Shown: positions 10,366 to 19,556 of the stretch, one piece after another
Numbering within the stretch: position 1 is the stretch's first letter
Layout: each line of letters starts with the position of its first letter
IMG/VR virus record: IMGVR_UViG_3300020236_000046
Location: 7,492-71,491 of that record
DNA length: 64,000 bases
Strand: one strand, 5' to 3'
DNA from: a virus
Taxonomy: Duplodnaviria > Caudoviricetes
Notes under the pieces: model-generated
Database searches by the model: none
What the model was told of the DNA's origin: nothing
Seen by the model: the letters and a program-made list of their open reading frames with translations, nothing else
Translations under genes and position numbers: made by a program

Positions 10366-11055
10366 ATGTTTGATAGATTGTTAAGACCGATAAAAAATAA
10401 GATTTTCTTGATGATAGGACGTGCCGTATTGAAAGCCGTAAAAAATACAGAGGGGACACAAAAAATGCAGGCGTTGTTTTTGGCGGATGAATTATTACAG
10501 GACATTGAGAGGTTTCAGGAATATGGTTTTGAAGCATACCCGCATGACGGGGCTGAAATATTGGCAAATTTCGTAAATGGTAACAGACGGCAAGGTGTTA
10601 TTTCATGTGTGCATGACAGACGGCACAGGCCAAAGGATTTAGTTGAAGGTGAAGTCGTTATCTATACGGATGAACATATAAGTGCAGGCGGCCATAGAAT
10701 ACATTTAAAACGTGGTCAAATAATAGATGTCACCGCAAAATCTATTATAGAAACTATTATGGATTCTATAACTAAAAATACTAAAATAGTTGTGATAAAT
10801 GCGACTATAGGCATCACGGAAACTACACCGATAAAAACTATAAACGGTGATTTACAGGTAAACGGTAAAATAACCGCGACAGGAAATGTGAAATCATCTG
10901 GTGGAAATTTAGAAGCTGCATTAGGAAATGTAGATGCTCCTGCCGGTCAACTATCGGATCAGGTAGGTAATATGGCGGGTATGCGGACTATATACAATAC
11001 ACATGACCATAATGAAACAGGCGGTGTCACCGATGCGCCTAATCAGGGAATGTAA
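10366..11055 (+). CDS. Baseplate central spike (Mu gp45-like)
   Basis: 'IERFQEYGF..P', 'HDRRHRP..L..GEVVIY', C-terminal HxH metal motif 'YNTHDH'. Confidence 0.92.
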   Translation: MFDRLLRPIKNKIFLMIGRAVLKAVKNTEGTQKMQALFLADELLQDIERFQEYGFEAYPHDGAEILANFVNGNRRQGVISCVHDRRHRPKDLVEGEVVIYTDEHISAGGHRIHLKRGQIIDVTAKSIIETIMDSITKNTKIVVINATIGITETTPIKTINGDLQVNGKITATGNVKSSGGNLEAALGNVDAPAGQLSDQVGNMAGMRTIYNTHDHNETGGVTDAPNQGM

Positions 11056-11540
11056 TGTCGCATTTTGATTTGAAACTGACATTCAATAATGATTTGATGG
11101 AAGCAGATTTGTTATTTTTAAACAATGATATTGTAACGGATGATGGATTGGAAACAGCCATAATTATTTCATTATTCACGGATAGAAGAGCAAGTATAGA
11201 AGATGATTTGCCGGATAAGGATAATTTGGATTTAAGGGGCTGGTGGGGAGATAGTACGTCTGAAAAAGATAACGATAAAATAGGTTCGTTATTATGGCTT
11301 TTAGAGAGGTCAAAAACGGAACAGGATATTATTAACAAAGCGGAACTTTATGCTAAAGACGCATTACAATGGCTTATTGATGAGGGTATAGCGACAGAGG
11401 TTATAATCACGGTGGAAAGCATAAAAGTGTCAAACGCTTTTTACAGGTTTGATCTGTTAGTGGAAATATTTAGAGGACAGAATCAGCTTTTAGCGGTAAA
11501 ACATGAACATATTTGGGAGGGTACCTTGAATGCCTCTTAA
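11055..11540 (+). CDS. Baseplate wedge protein (Mu gp46-like)
   Basis: 'LETAIIISLFTDRRA', 'RGWWGD', 'IGSLLWLLER', 'YAKDALQWLIDEG'. Confidence 0.95.
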   Translation: MSHFDLKLTFNNDLMEADLLFLNNDIVTDDGLETAIIISLFTDRRASIEDDLPDKDNLDLRGWWGDSTSEKDNDKIGSLLWLLERSKTEQDIINKAELYAKDALQWLIDEGIATEVIITVESIKVSNAFYRFDLLVEIFRGQNQLLAVKHEHIWEGTLNAS

Positions 11541-12624
11541 CAGACCGACACTTTTAACATTGATAGATAGAATCGCAGGTGATGTGACAAGTTCGTTGAC
11601 AGGAGCAAGTACCTTAGCATTGCGTTCCGTTTTACGTGTGTTCGTTCGTGTAGTCGCTGGAGCGATTCATCTTGTTTATGGGTATATAGATAATTTAACG
11701 GAACAGCTTTTTATTAAAACCGCATCATCTTCTTATTTAGATCAGATAGGGTCTGAATATGGGGTAAACAGAACAGCTGCGGCAAAGGCCGCAGGAATAA
11801 CGACTGCGACCGGCACTAACGGGTCTATAATACCTATCGGAACCGAGTTGCAGAATACAACCGGATATGTCTATACAACGGATGTTGCGGTTACTATTAC
11901 CGCAGGTACAGCTTTATTAGCTATAACGGCGAGTGTAGCGGGTGTAGCTTCTAATGATGTGGCTGGAGCGTCCTTAACATTAACATCTCCTATTATAGGA
12001 GTGAATACGGCTACAACAGTGGATTCAAACGCTGTATCTAACGGCGCGGATGAAGAAACTGATATGAATTACAGAACAAGATTATTAGCAAGAAAAAGTC
12101 AGCCCCCGCATGGTGGTTCGAATAATGATTATATAATGTGGGCAAAAGAAGTAGCGGGAGTTACCAGAGCATGGGTACAGGAACAGTATCAGGGTGTAGG
12201 GACGTTGGCCCTTTATTTTGTGAGGGATGGGGATACGAATATATTTCCAGGGGGCACTGAAATAGCTACGGTAACTTCATATATCACACAACATACAAAT
12301 GCCGCGACCGGGCAGGTTATAGGATTGCCTGTGACCGCTTTGCCTGGATTCTTTGTATTCGCGCCGACTCAACTGACTGTAGATTTCAATATAGGTATTT
12401 ACCCGAATACAAGTGCGGTACAAACCGCTATTCGCGCGGAACTGGTGGATTTGTTTTTAAGGGAAGGTGGGCCGGGGAAAACGATATATTTATCCCAAAT
12501 AAGGGAAGCAATAAGTTTAGCTACAGGAGAAGAAAGACATAGATTGAATTCTCCTGTTGTAGACAGTAGTACGGCATATAACGAATTACAGATTGTAGGC
12601 ACAATCACGTTCGGAGCTTTCTAA
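11530..12624 (+). CDS. Baseplate J-like protein (Mu gp47-like)
   Basis: 'GADEETDMNYRTRLL', 'PPHGGSNNDYIMWAKEVAGVTRAWV', 'GVGTLALYFVRD'. Confidence 0.95.
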   Translation: MPLNRPTLLTLIDRIAGDVTSSLTGASTLALRSVLRVFVRVVAGAIHLVYGYIDNLTEQLFIKTASSSYLDQIGSEYGVNRTAAAKAAGITTATGTNGSIIPIGTELQNTTGYVYTTDVAVTITAGTALLAITASVAGVASNDVAGASLTLTSPIIGVNTATTVDSNAVSNGADEETDMNYRTRLLARKSQPPHGGSNNDYIMWAKEVAGVTRAWVQEQYQGVGTLALYFVRDGDTNIFPGGTEIATVTSYITQHTNAATGQVIGLPVTALPGFFVFAPTQLTVDFNIGIYPNTSAVQTAIRAELVDLFLREGGPGKTIYLSQIREAISLATGEERHRLNSPVVDSSTAYNELQIVGTITFGAF

Positions 12625-12625
12625 T

Positions 12626-13393
12626 ATGGGATTTAGCAGTAGTTCATATTTGAAACTTTTACAGTCCTTACTACCTAAAGGCCGGGCATGGACTCGAAGT
12701 CCTGACAGTATATTAACTCAAGTATTGACAGGATTATCTATTGAATTATCTCGTGTAGATGATCAAGTGTTTCAATTAATAAAAGAAAGAGATACCCGTG
12801 CTACTTCTTTATTGTTAACGGAGCATGAACTTGATTTAGGATTGCCGGATGATTGTCTTCCATTAGGAGTATCTATAGCGGAAAGACGTACGACTGCAAA
12901 TTCACGATTAATAAGTTTGGGCGGATTGAATAAGCAGTATTATATCGACCTTGCTTTGACTATGGGATATACAATTACGATAGACGAATTCACGCCTTTT
13001 TGGTGTGGTTCAGGTGGTTCCGGTGAGCCTTGCGGAGCGCAGGAAACGATATTCTATTGGAGGGTAAATATAGACACAGCCGGATTCCCTATTATTTATT
13101 TTATATCAGGAGCTAGTGAATCCGGTGACCCATTAATAAGTACGGGAATAGACGCTACTCCGCTTATATGTTATTTGGAAAAGTTGAAACCGGCACATAC
13201 GATTGTCATTTATCAATATATCGGGCCGTCTTTCAGTACGGATTTTAGTGTTGATTTTGATTCTATTCCTACTTCAAGCACAGCATATCTTGAAGGTGCG
13301 TTCAGTAAAGCATTCAGTTCAGATTTTGACAGGCGTGTAGGAGGAGGTTTTGACAGAGATGAATTTAGTATAGACTTTGACAGACCTATGTAA
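12626..13393 (+). CDS. Baseplate protein (Mu gp48/DUF2313-like) with C-terminal FSxDF repeat extension
   Basis: 'LLQSLLPKGRAW', 'EHELDLGLPD', 'LEKLKPAHT'; about 55 extra residues with three FxxxFxxDF motifs. Confidence 0.9.
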   Translation: MGFSSSSYLKLLQSLLPKGRAWTRSPDSILTQVLTGLSIELSRVDDQVFQLIKERDTRATSLLLTEHELDLGLPDDCLPLGVSIAERRTTANSRLISLGGLNKQYYIDLALTMGYTITIDEFTPFWCGSGGSGEPCGAQETIFYWRVNIDTAGFPIIYFISGASESGDPLISTGIDATPLICYLEKLKPAHTIVIYQYIGPSFSTDFSVDFDSIPTSSTAYLEGAFSKAFSSDFDRRVGGGFDRDEFSIDFDRPM

Positions 13394-13417
13394 TTAATAA
13401 AATGGAGGATTTAGAAA

Positions 13418-13993
13418 ATGGCAGATACACAGAGAACTAGAGCAGCATTGTTGGCTCTTATGGCTGATAACGTCACAGGTAATGTGTCGGCACAGGATTT
13501 CAGGGATTTTATAGTCACTGTAATGGATGCCGAATTTGTAAACCCCGGAGATTACTGGCGACAACCGATTCCAGATCAGGTTACAACGGATAAAACAGGC
13601 CGGGGTTGGATGGATTATAGTCAGGTAGCCGGTTCCGCTTTATCTTTTATGGATGCCTTGTACCTTGTAGCATCTAACGAATGGAGACGTGCGGACGTAG
13701 CGGATTCAACTACTATGCCTGTCATAGGGATAGCAATGGATTCGTATGCTTCAGATGCGACTAACTTACAGGTTCTTCGCGGAGGTATTATTTATGACAG
13801 TGCATTGTCGGCCAGATTTAGTGGGCAGATAGGAAGATTCGTATATCTGGCAAGTGGGGACGCAGGAAGTGTATCCGTGACATTGACAGCTAATAGTAAT
13901 CTTGTCTTGGGTGTAGTCGAACCGAATGGGATTGGTAGTGTAGTGTCAGGTAAATGGCGGTTTGACCCTGAATGGGCAGTTAAAGGCCAGTAA
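13418..13993 (+). CDS. Putative accessory virion fibre/decoration protein
   Basis: N-terminal 'RTRAALLALMADNVTGNVSAQDFRDF' helix motif and small beta domain 'WRRADVAD..PVIGIA'; sits in tail module; SD ggagg. Confidence 0.55.
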   Translation: MADTQRTRAALLALMADNVTGNVSAQDFRDFIVTVMDAEFVNPGDYWRQPIPDQVTTDKTGRGWMDYSQVAGSALSFMDALYLVASNEWRRADVADSTTMPVIGIAMDSYASDATNLQVLRGGIIYDSALSARFSGQIGRFVYLASGDAGSVSVTLTANSNLVLGVVEPNGIGSVVSGKWRFDPEWAVKGQ

Positions 13994-14032
13994 AAGCAAT
14001 TAAGTTTAACAGAGTAAAAAAGGAGGTTTATT

Positions 14033-15265
14033 TTGCATCGTACAGAAGGAGCTAATAATGTCGGTAATTTATTTGCGGATGGCCCTCCGGGTACAACTGT
14101 TGAGGAAAATTCTTTAAATGCGATACAGGAAGAACTTGCAGGTGCGATAGAAGCGGCTGGTATTGTTTTACAGACAGCAGCGACAGATACACGTAATCAA
14201 TTAGCGGCGGTATTTGCACTAAAGGCCAATGATGCAGGTGTAGTACATACTACTGGTAATGAATCTATAGCTGGCATTAAAACTTTTTCCGACAATATTG
14301 TTATGGCTGGCGATAAGTATGTTGGAACATCACTGATTAATTCTATATTTTTTGATGCCTCATCTTCTACTGTTATTAATTCCGCTAACAATATATGGAA
14401 TAATCTGGATTCTGGAAATGTTGCTACAGGCAAGACTTTTAATATTTCACATAATAGCACTAGTGTCGGTGGTAGTGTGTTATTTACAGTAAATGATAGC
14501 GGGTTTGCAGGTTTTAATACAACACCAGTTAATAGTAGAATAGTTACTATAGCTAGTGGCGGGGTAGAAATTCAAAACGGAGCACATACTGCTACTTACA
14601 CGATAAATTCATTGGTTATTGATTATTCAACACCTGATGCACGGTTTTATTCAGTTGGGCCGGATGCTACTACTAAAGGTGGTTTTCAATTAGCAGGGAT
14701 TGAAAGTGATGGTGGCGGGACAGTTATATTTTTAGATATAGACGGAATATCAGGGGCATCTAATTTTATTGGAATTAAAGATACTTCACCTTTTGTTGAT
14801 GATGGTGATGTTTCTAAAAAGATGCTGTTTAGTCTTAGCGGGTTGCCTGGTGCCACTACTATAAATGTCACAGCTCCTAGTGCTGATGGAGTTATGCTTA
14901 CTGATAATAGTACAGCTTCAAGCCTTACAAGTGTGGGGACGCTTACGGCTTTAACAGTTGCAAAAGCAGATATTGGGATACAAATACAACCTTTTTCAAA
15001 TGGGGCTTTAGGGGCACAATCAGCGATTATAGTTGCTCCCGGAAATATATCTAACACAATAGATTTTCATTTACTAGAGGGAAAAGCTATTACGGGTGGA
15101 ATTGTAGCTACTTATCATACTTTTCTTTTATCTCCTGATTACTATACAACAGGGGCAAATACACCAACTTTAGGTGCAAACTGCCCAGGGGCCGCAGGAG
15201 CACCTGACCAATGGATTAAAATTAGTCTTAATGGAACTACAGCATATATTCCAGCATGGACATAA
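14033..15265 (+). CDS. Tail fibre protein
   Basis: Mu-type N-terminus 'MHRTEG..GTTVEENSLNAIQEELAGAIEAAG', 'VVHTTGNESIAGIKTFSD' fibre motif; TTG start with aggagg SD. Confidence 0.85.
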   Translation: MHRTEGANNVGNLFADGPPGTTVEENSLNAIQEELAGAIEAAGIVLQTAATDTRNQLAAVFALKANDAGVVHTTGNESIAGIKTFSDNIVMAGDKYVGTSLINSIFFDASSSTVINSANNIWNNLDSGNVATGKTFNISHNSTSVGGSVLFTVNDSGFAGFNTTPVNSRIVTIASGGVEIQNGAHTATYTINSLVIDYSTPDARFYSVGPDATTKGGFQLAGIESDGGGTVIFLDIDGISGASNFIGIKDTSPFVDDGDVSKKMLFSLSGLPGATTINVTAPSADGVMLTDNSTASSLTSVGTLTALTVAKADIGIQIQPFSNGALGAQSAIIVAPGNISNTIDFHLLEGKAITGGIVATYHTFLLSPDYYTTGANTPTLGANCPGAAGAPDQWIKISLNGTTAYIPAWT

Positions 15266-15269
15266 TGAA

Positions 15270-15416
15270 CTACTGCAAATCAACTCTCACAGTGACCCTT
15301 CCGGTATCACTATTAGCGTTTGGAGCAGATTTCGTAAAACCTGCTCTATCAAGTTTAGGAGGGAGTTCACCGCAGGCAGTAAATAGAAAGATGAGTGTGA
15401 ATATTATTTTTTTCAT
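15270..15416 (-). CDS. Small lipoprotein (48 aa), probably from a leaderless mRNA
   Basis: MKKIIFTLIFLFTA-CGELPP: basic N-region, hydrophobic core, lipobox Cys; TATAAT ends 6 nt before ATG; no SD. Confidence 0.7.
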   Translation of the reverse strand: MKKIIFTLIFLFTACGELPPKLDRAGFTKSAPNANSDTGRVTVRVDLQ

Positions 15417-15422
15417 GCTTAT

Positions 15423-15452
15423 ATTATAGCAAAATATGTTAATTTCATTTAA
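15423..15452 (-). promoter_or_regulatory. Phage promoter motif TTAAATGAAA-N12-GCTATAAT (copy 1 of 4)
   Basis: Identical 10-mer and spacing at 15423, 37334, 42473 and 49505. Confidence 0.75.
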
Positions 15453-15466
15453 GGAGGTAATTAGTA

Positions 15467-15835
15467 ATGGCAATTTTATTTAACAATTTGTATCTGCGGA
15501 TTACAGGGTATTCCGTACAAAGAAGGATTGAGATAATACCTGAAAAAAGAGAAATTATACCTGCAAAGACCAACAAAAAAGGTGAAGTTATTGCAAAAGA
15601 AACATCGGTTGTTCTTGAAAAAGAAAAAAGCCGTATCAGATCTGATACATTAATAGAATACAGCGCATATCTTGATAGATACACGAGGGAAAATAATCCT
15701 CCTCTCTATACCGCAGTGACACCGCTTGATTGGCTTAAAGATTATATACCGACTGGTAAGGATGAAAAAGCAGTGATGGGTTCACTGTATAAAGCATTAG
15801 CTGAATTACTAGATGCTAAACATACGGAGGTTTAA
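15467..15835 (+). CDS. Hypothetical protein (possible fibre assembly chaperone)
   Basis: ORF with aaggagg SD downstream of fibre gene. Confidence 0.6.
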   Translation: MAILFNNLYLRITGYSVQRRIEIIPEKREIIPAKTNKKGEVIAKETSVVLEKEKSRIRSDTLIEYSAYLDRYTRENNPPLYTAVTPLDWLKDYIPTGKDEKAVMGSLYKALAELLDAKHTEV

Positions 15836-15836
15836 A

Positions 15837-16154
15837 ATGGCTGTTAAATTTACTATACCGAAAAAAAGGACGCTCGATACGCTTATCAATGCTCTTGAAG
15901 TTCCTACACAAGAAGGTAATACGGTAGATACCTTGATACGGATCGGTAAAATCAAACAAACCTTAAGGGAAGGGTTTGAAGCGGGTAGTGTCGTGATGGA
16001 TCAAGATGATTTCGATTTTCTTAAAGGACGGTTCAAAGCAGTAACTACATGGTCGGCAAATGACGCTACGATAGAAGCTGTGCCTGAAGCTAATCAGTTA
16101 CTGGATTCCGTCACTGAAATGGGTATACAAAAAAAGAAGGCATCAGGAGAATAG
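15837..16154 (+). CDS. Hypothetical protein (possible fibre assembly chaperone)
   Basis: ORF; start moved to ATG 15837 after ggagg SD. Confidence 0.6.
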   Translation: MAVKFTIPKKRTLDTLINALEVPTQEGNTVDTLIRIGKIKQTLREGFEAGSVVMDQDDFDFLKGRFKAVTTWSANDATIEAVPEANQLLDSVTEMGIQKKKASGE

Positions 16155-16180
16155 TCTGATTTTGTAGACATTCCTCACAG

Positions 16181-16302
16181 AAATGGGCAGGGACACAGTT
16201 ATTTGAGGTAGATAGGTTATGCCTCTCAAATATAGCTTAACTGTAGGCAGACGTAGAATGCTAAAGACCTTTAAGCTTATTCGCCTCTGTCCTTGCCCGT
16301 TT
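16181..16302 (+). other. Predicted long-range RNA stem with inner hairpin at convergent junction
   Basis: 16181-16198 pairs with 16285-16302 (17 of 18 pairs, including 2 G-U); inner stem 16200-16207/16225-16232. Confidence 0.4.
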
Positions 16303-18978
16303 TGCTCCTAATACGTCTCCTGTAGAGGCTAGGCACTCTGCTTTCTTATCTAAGACGGCATAGTCCATAGGCCATTTCTCTAGGTAGGTATCATAAGCAA
16401 GCAGAGCCTTTTCAGGATCGTTTGTACGCATATATATGCCGCCTACTGTAGGAAGGAAGGAATCATATTTTTCAGTTTGTTCAAAGACTATACTTAACTT
16501 CTTTAGTCCTTCATCGATCTTATTTTGCCGTATTAATAGCTGGCCTAGTTCAAATGGGTATCGAAGATTATCAGGAAAGTCCTTTATCAACGCTTCATAT
16601 ATCTTTACCGCATCATCAAGCTGATTAAGAAAGATCGAGGCACTCGCACATCCCCATCGCGCTTCTTCTCTATCGGGTAATAAATCGACGGCTTTTTCAA
16701 GGTATTCAAGAGCTTTTTCAAAATTCTTTTTTCTTCCGTATACTTGTCCTTTTTCTTGTAAGTGAAAATACATAGCCAATTTATCTTTTCCCTGCTTGAT
16801 GTCTTCATTGTGTTGAGTTATCGCTTTTTCTATTTCATCTTCACGCATTGCTATAGCCCTGTTTATTACAGCCGATGCTTTTTGACGTAATATATCACTT
16901 CTGCAATATTGGTCACTTAATATTCTTTTTGCTTCAAGATAGGGACGTGCAAAATTACCTGCATTGAAATATTCATCCGCATCATCTATATCAGGAGCGG
17001 TGTCTCCAATAGGTTCTAATATAGTCTGGTCTTTTGTCCTGTTGTAATTATCCAGTATTGAATGTGTGTTGATATATGTTTCCAATAAATCCGTGGATGC
17101 TTTTTTTGCGGCTTCAATGATAATCCGATTACGTTTAAGTCCGTTTGTCAATTCTGATATATTCTCATTTCGCATTAGTTTTTTAACGGGAAGTTTTCTT
17201 TTTTCAGTCGAACTTAACTCACGACCACCTATTCTTCTGACTGCTCCGTGAATCGCAATACCAACAGCGGGTATTTTTGATGATAATTCTCTGGTTTGTT
17301 TACTTAAATTATCATTTTCTATAATTCTTTGTTGAAGTAATTTAGCGTTTCCTTTTTTCATGGCCTGTTTTATTTTAGTATTTGCTATAAATGTTTCATT
17401 ACAGGAAATTTTTATCTGTTTAAGAATATCAATATCGTTTTCAAGTAAAGGAATTACATCTTCGATTAATTTATCCGCATCAGGAAGCAAGGAACATAAG
17501 TCACTTATTTCAGTCATACGTGCATTGTGAAGAGAGCGTATGCTGTCTTTTATATATTTATCTATTGCTTCCTGTAAAAAGATAGGTTCTGCTCCCCGGA
17601 TACAAGCACCGCCTTCAGTCGCATTTATGACTTTCCGACCGGAAAACTCTATCATGCTTTCCATGCTTGTAATAAATGCAGCTAACCCCACATTAGTATT
17701 TACAGGTGTTCCGTAATATCCCGGTACTTGTTGTTCCGGCCCCATACTATGTTTTTTAGATATATCCTTACTGTATAAACTGCATCGCGGATCGTCTACA
17801 CGCCATTGTAATATTCCGTTTTCATCTTTTTGTACATGTCCTCTTGCATCTACTTGTTTCATGTGACTGTCTTCTGTAAGAGCGAAATCTTGTCCTATCA
17901 TAATTATAGGATCGCCCCCAATATGTACTGCAAGTGAAAACGCCATGTGTGCGACGCTCCCACCTTGATTTAACGCCCCTTTATCTTTTAATATGCTATG
18001 TGTTTTTCCTTCAGAATCTTCACTGACCACAGCGGATATAAACTTCGGGCCTTTATAGGATTTCAATAAAGGTGCGTATGTGCGATTCAATGCGACAAGA
18101 GGAATACCACTATCAAGTAATCCTCGGTAATGCGCCATATTAACTTCGCCGAAATCCACGGTACATATAAAATCAGGTTGAATATCGTAGGCTAAAAGAG
18201 GACGTAATGCCTGACCTACCGCAACAATAATCGCACCATGATAAGCCTTACGCAGTAAATGTATATTACGTGAAAGAGACGGGCCAGTTGAAACCGTTAT
18301 AACGGGTTTCCCTTTGAACAAATCTTTTAGTTCATTCACGCCTCGATGCCGGATAATCCAGGGTAAAGTAGCTATATCGTTATCGGCTATCTTAGCTCCC
18401 GCATCCCCTGATATTGTTCCTATATTGCAACGAATCTGATTTAGTATTTCTGCGGTAAATAAAGTCAATTCATTATATTCTATAAGCTGTTTTGTGTAAT
18501 GCTCAATAACTACGAACCAATCCTCTACAATTTTTTGATTACTTATAGCTTCTAATACCCAAGCTATTTCAGCTTTGCCTGGGGCACAGATTATCAATTC
18601 CCTGTTTTTTATAGGCTTTGAAAAATCGTATCTTTTAAACGCGGTACGAACCATGTGGGCAATAGGTTCTATTACAATTAATTGATGCCCTTTTTCGGCT
18701 TTATTAAAAATATGATTAGTTGCATGGCCCTGTCCTATACCAATCAAAACACTTATATTGTGTTTGAGAGGTTTTACATAGTTAAGAACATCTTTTGAGT
18801 TTTCTATATGATCTTCCCCACTATACGCAGGAATCAATTTAGTTCCTATTGCTACATATAATTTATTTATAGAAGGACATTTAATCCACGTTACGTCAGG
18901 CGTATCAATTATCCATTTATGTAGTTCTGGATAGGCCTCTTCTATCGCTTTAAGATTTTTCTCATATACGTCATTCAT
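16261..18978 (-). CDS. maf: Maf-family (DUF115/MAF_flag10, MptE-like) glycosyltransferase with C-terminal TPR repeats
   Basis: 'FKGKPVITVSTGPSL', 'IQPDFICTVD', 'GGSVAHMAFSLA..IIMIGQDFA', 'VINATEGGACIRG'; TPR helices in the last ~170 aa. Confidence 0.88.
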   Translation of the reverse strand: MNDVYEKNLKAIEEAYPELHKWIIDTPDVTWIKCPSINKLYVAIGTKLIPAYSGEDHIENSKDVLNYVKPLKHNISVLIGIGQGHATNHIFNKAEKGHQLIVIEPIAHMVRTAFKRYDFSKPIKNRELIICAPGKAEIAWVLEAISNQKIVEDWFVVIEHYTKQLIEYNELTLFTAEILNQIRCNIGTISGDAGAKIADNDIATLPWIIRHRGVNELKDLFKGKPVITVSTGPSLSRNIHLLRKAYHGAIIVAVGQALRPLLAYDIQPDFICTVDFGEVNMAHYRGLLDSGIPLVALNRTYAPLLKSYKGPKFISAVVSEDSEGKTHSILKDKGALNQGGSVAHMAFSLAVHIGGDPIIMIGQDFALTEDSHMKQVDARGHVQKDENGILQWRVDDPRCSLYSKDISKKHSMGPEQQVPGYYGTPVNTNVGLAAFITSMESMIEFSGRKVINATEGGACIRGAEPIFLQEAIDKYIKDSIRSLHNARMTEISDLCSLLPDADKLIEDVIPLLENDIDILKQIKISCNETFIANTKIKQAMKKGNAKLLQQRIIENDNLSKQTRELSSKIPAVGIAIHGAVRRIGGRELSSTEKRKLPVKKLMRNENISELTNGLKRNRIIIEAAKKASTDLLETYINTHSILDNYNRTKDQTILEPIGDTAPDIDDADEYFNAGNFARPYLEAKRILSDQYCRSDILRQKASAVINRAIAMREDEIEKAITQHNEDIKQGKDKLAMYFHLQEKGQVYGRKKNFEKALEYLEKAVDLLPDREEARWGCASASIFLNQLDDAVKIYEALIKDFPDNLRYPFELGQLLIRQNKIDEGLKKLSIVFEQTEKYDSFLPTVGGIYMRTNDPEKALLAYDTYLEKWPMDYAVLDKKAECLASTGDVLGAKRARTEANKLKGL

Positions 18979-19556
18979 ATTTTAGTGCCTTCTTTAACAT
19001 GTGAATCATAAAAACCTTTTGACATTGCAAAAACACAAACATCTTCATAACGACCATTCAAAAATACACCTTTTTGGAATGCACCCTCATAGTTCATTTT
19101 TAACTTATTACAGATAATCTTCATTGCTGTATTAGTTTGCGCTGTCCCTGTCCATACTCGATTCATGTTAAGATGATCAAAAGCGTGACGTAGAACTACA
19201 TCACATGTTATCTTACCTATGCCTTTACCCCAATATTCTTTTTCACCAATAAGAATAGCAAATTCTGCACTTCTGTTAATCCAATTTATGGATTGCAGAG
19301 AAATATTACCTATATGAATACCTTTTTTATGGGTGTTAGGTAAAAGGGTAATAGCCCATACAAGTATTTTTTCAGCTTCAATATCCGTTAAAAATTGTTC
19401 TGTCCCTTTTTTACTATGTGGGAATACTCCATGTGAATTGTATCTTGTCACTTCGGCATCTTCAAACCATCTTTGATATCGTAGGGTGATATAAGTCTGA
19501 TTAAAAGGGGATAGAATAAGCAATGAACCATCAGGGAGTTCAATATTATATATCAT
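18975..19556 (-). CDS. GNAT N-acetyltransferase (PseH/RimJ-like)
   Basis: 'HIGNISLQSINWINRSAEFAILIGEKEYWGKGIG'; start at 19556 (SD ggagg, ATGA overlap with pseB). Confidence 0.85.
   Translation of the reverse strand: MIYNIELPDGSLLILSPFNQTYITLRYQRWFEDAEVTRYNSHGVFPHSKKGTEQFLTDIEAEKILVWAITLLPNTHKKGIHIGNISLQSINWINRSAEFAILIGEKEYWGKGIGKITCDVVLRHAFDHLNMNRVWTGTAQTNTAMKIICNKLKMNYEGAFQKGVFLNGRYEDVCVFAMSKGFYDSHVKEGTKI

Noticed and set aside
7969-12624. Mu-like transposable phage lifestyle suggested by the Mu-type tail and Mom
   Set aside because: No transposase A/B; the genome has its own polymerase, primase, helicase and terminases.
2326-14460. Antisense ORFs in the track within the tail module (e.g. 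2707-3003, 6142-6408, 6487-6798, 11039-11338, 14197-14460)
   Set aside because: Shadows of well-supported + strand genes; no motifs or SD.
16261-18978. Annotation as 6-hydroxymethylpterin diphosphokinase MptE
   Set aside because: The same domain family includes Maf; the nonulosonate context and TPR tail favour a glycosyltransferase, and there are no pterin genes.
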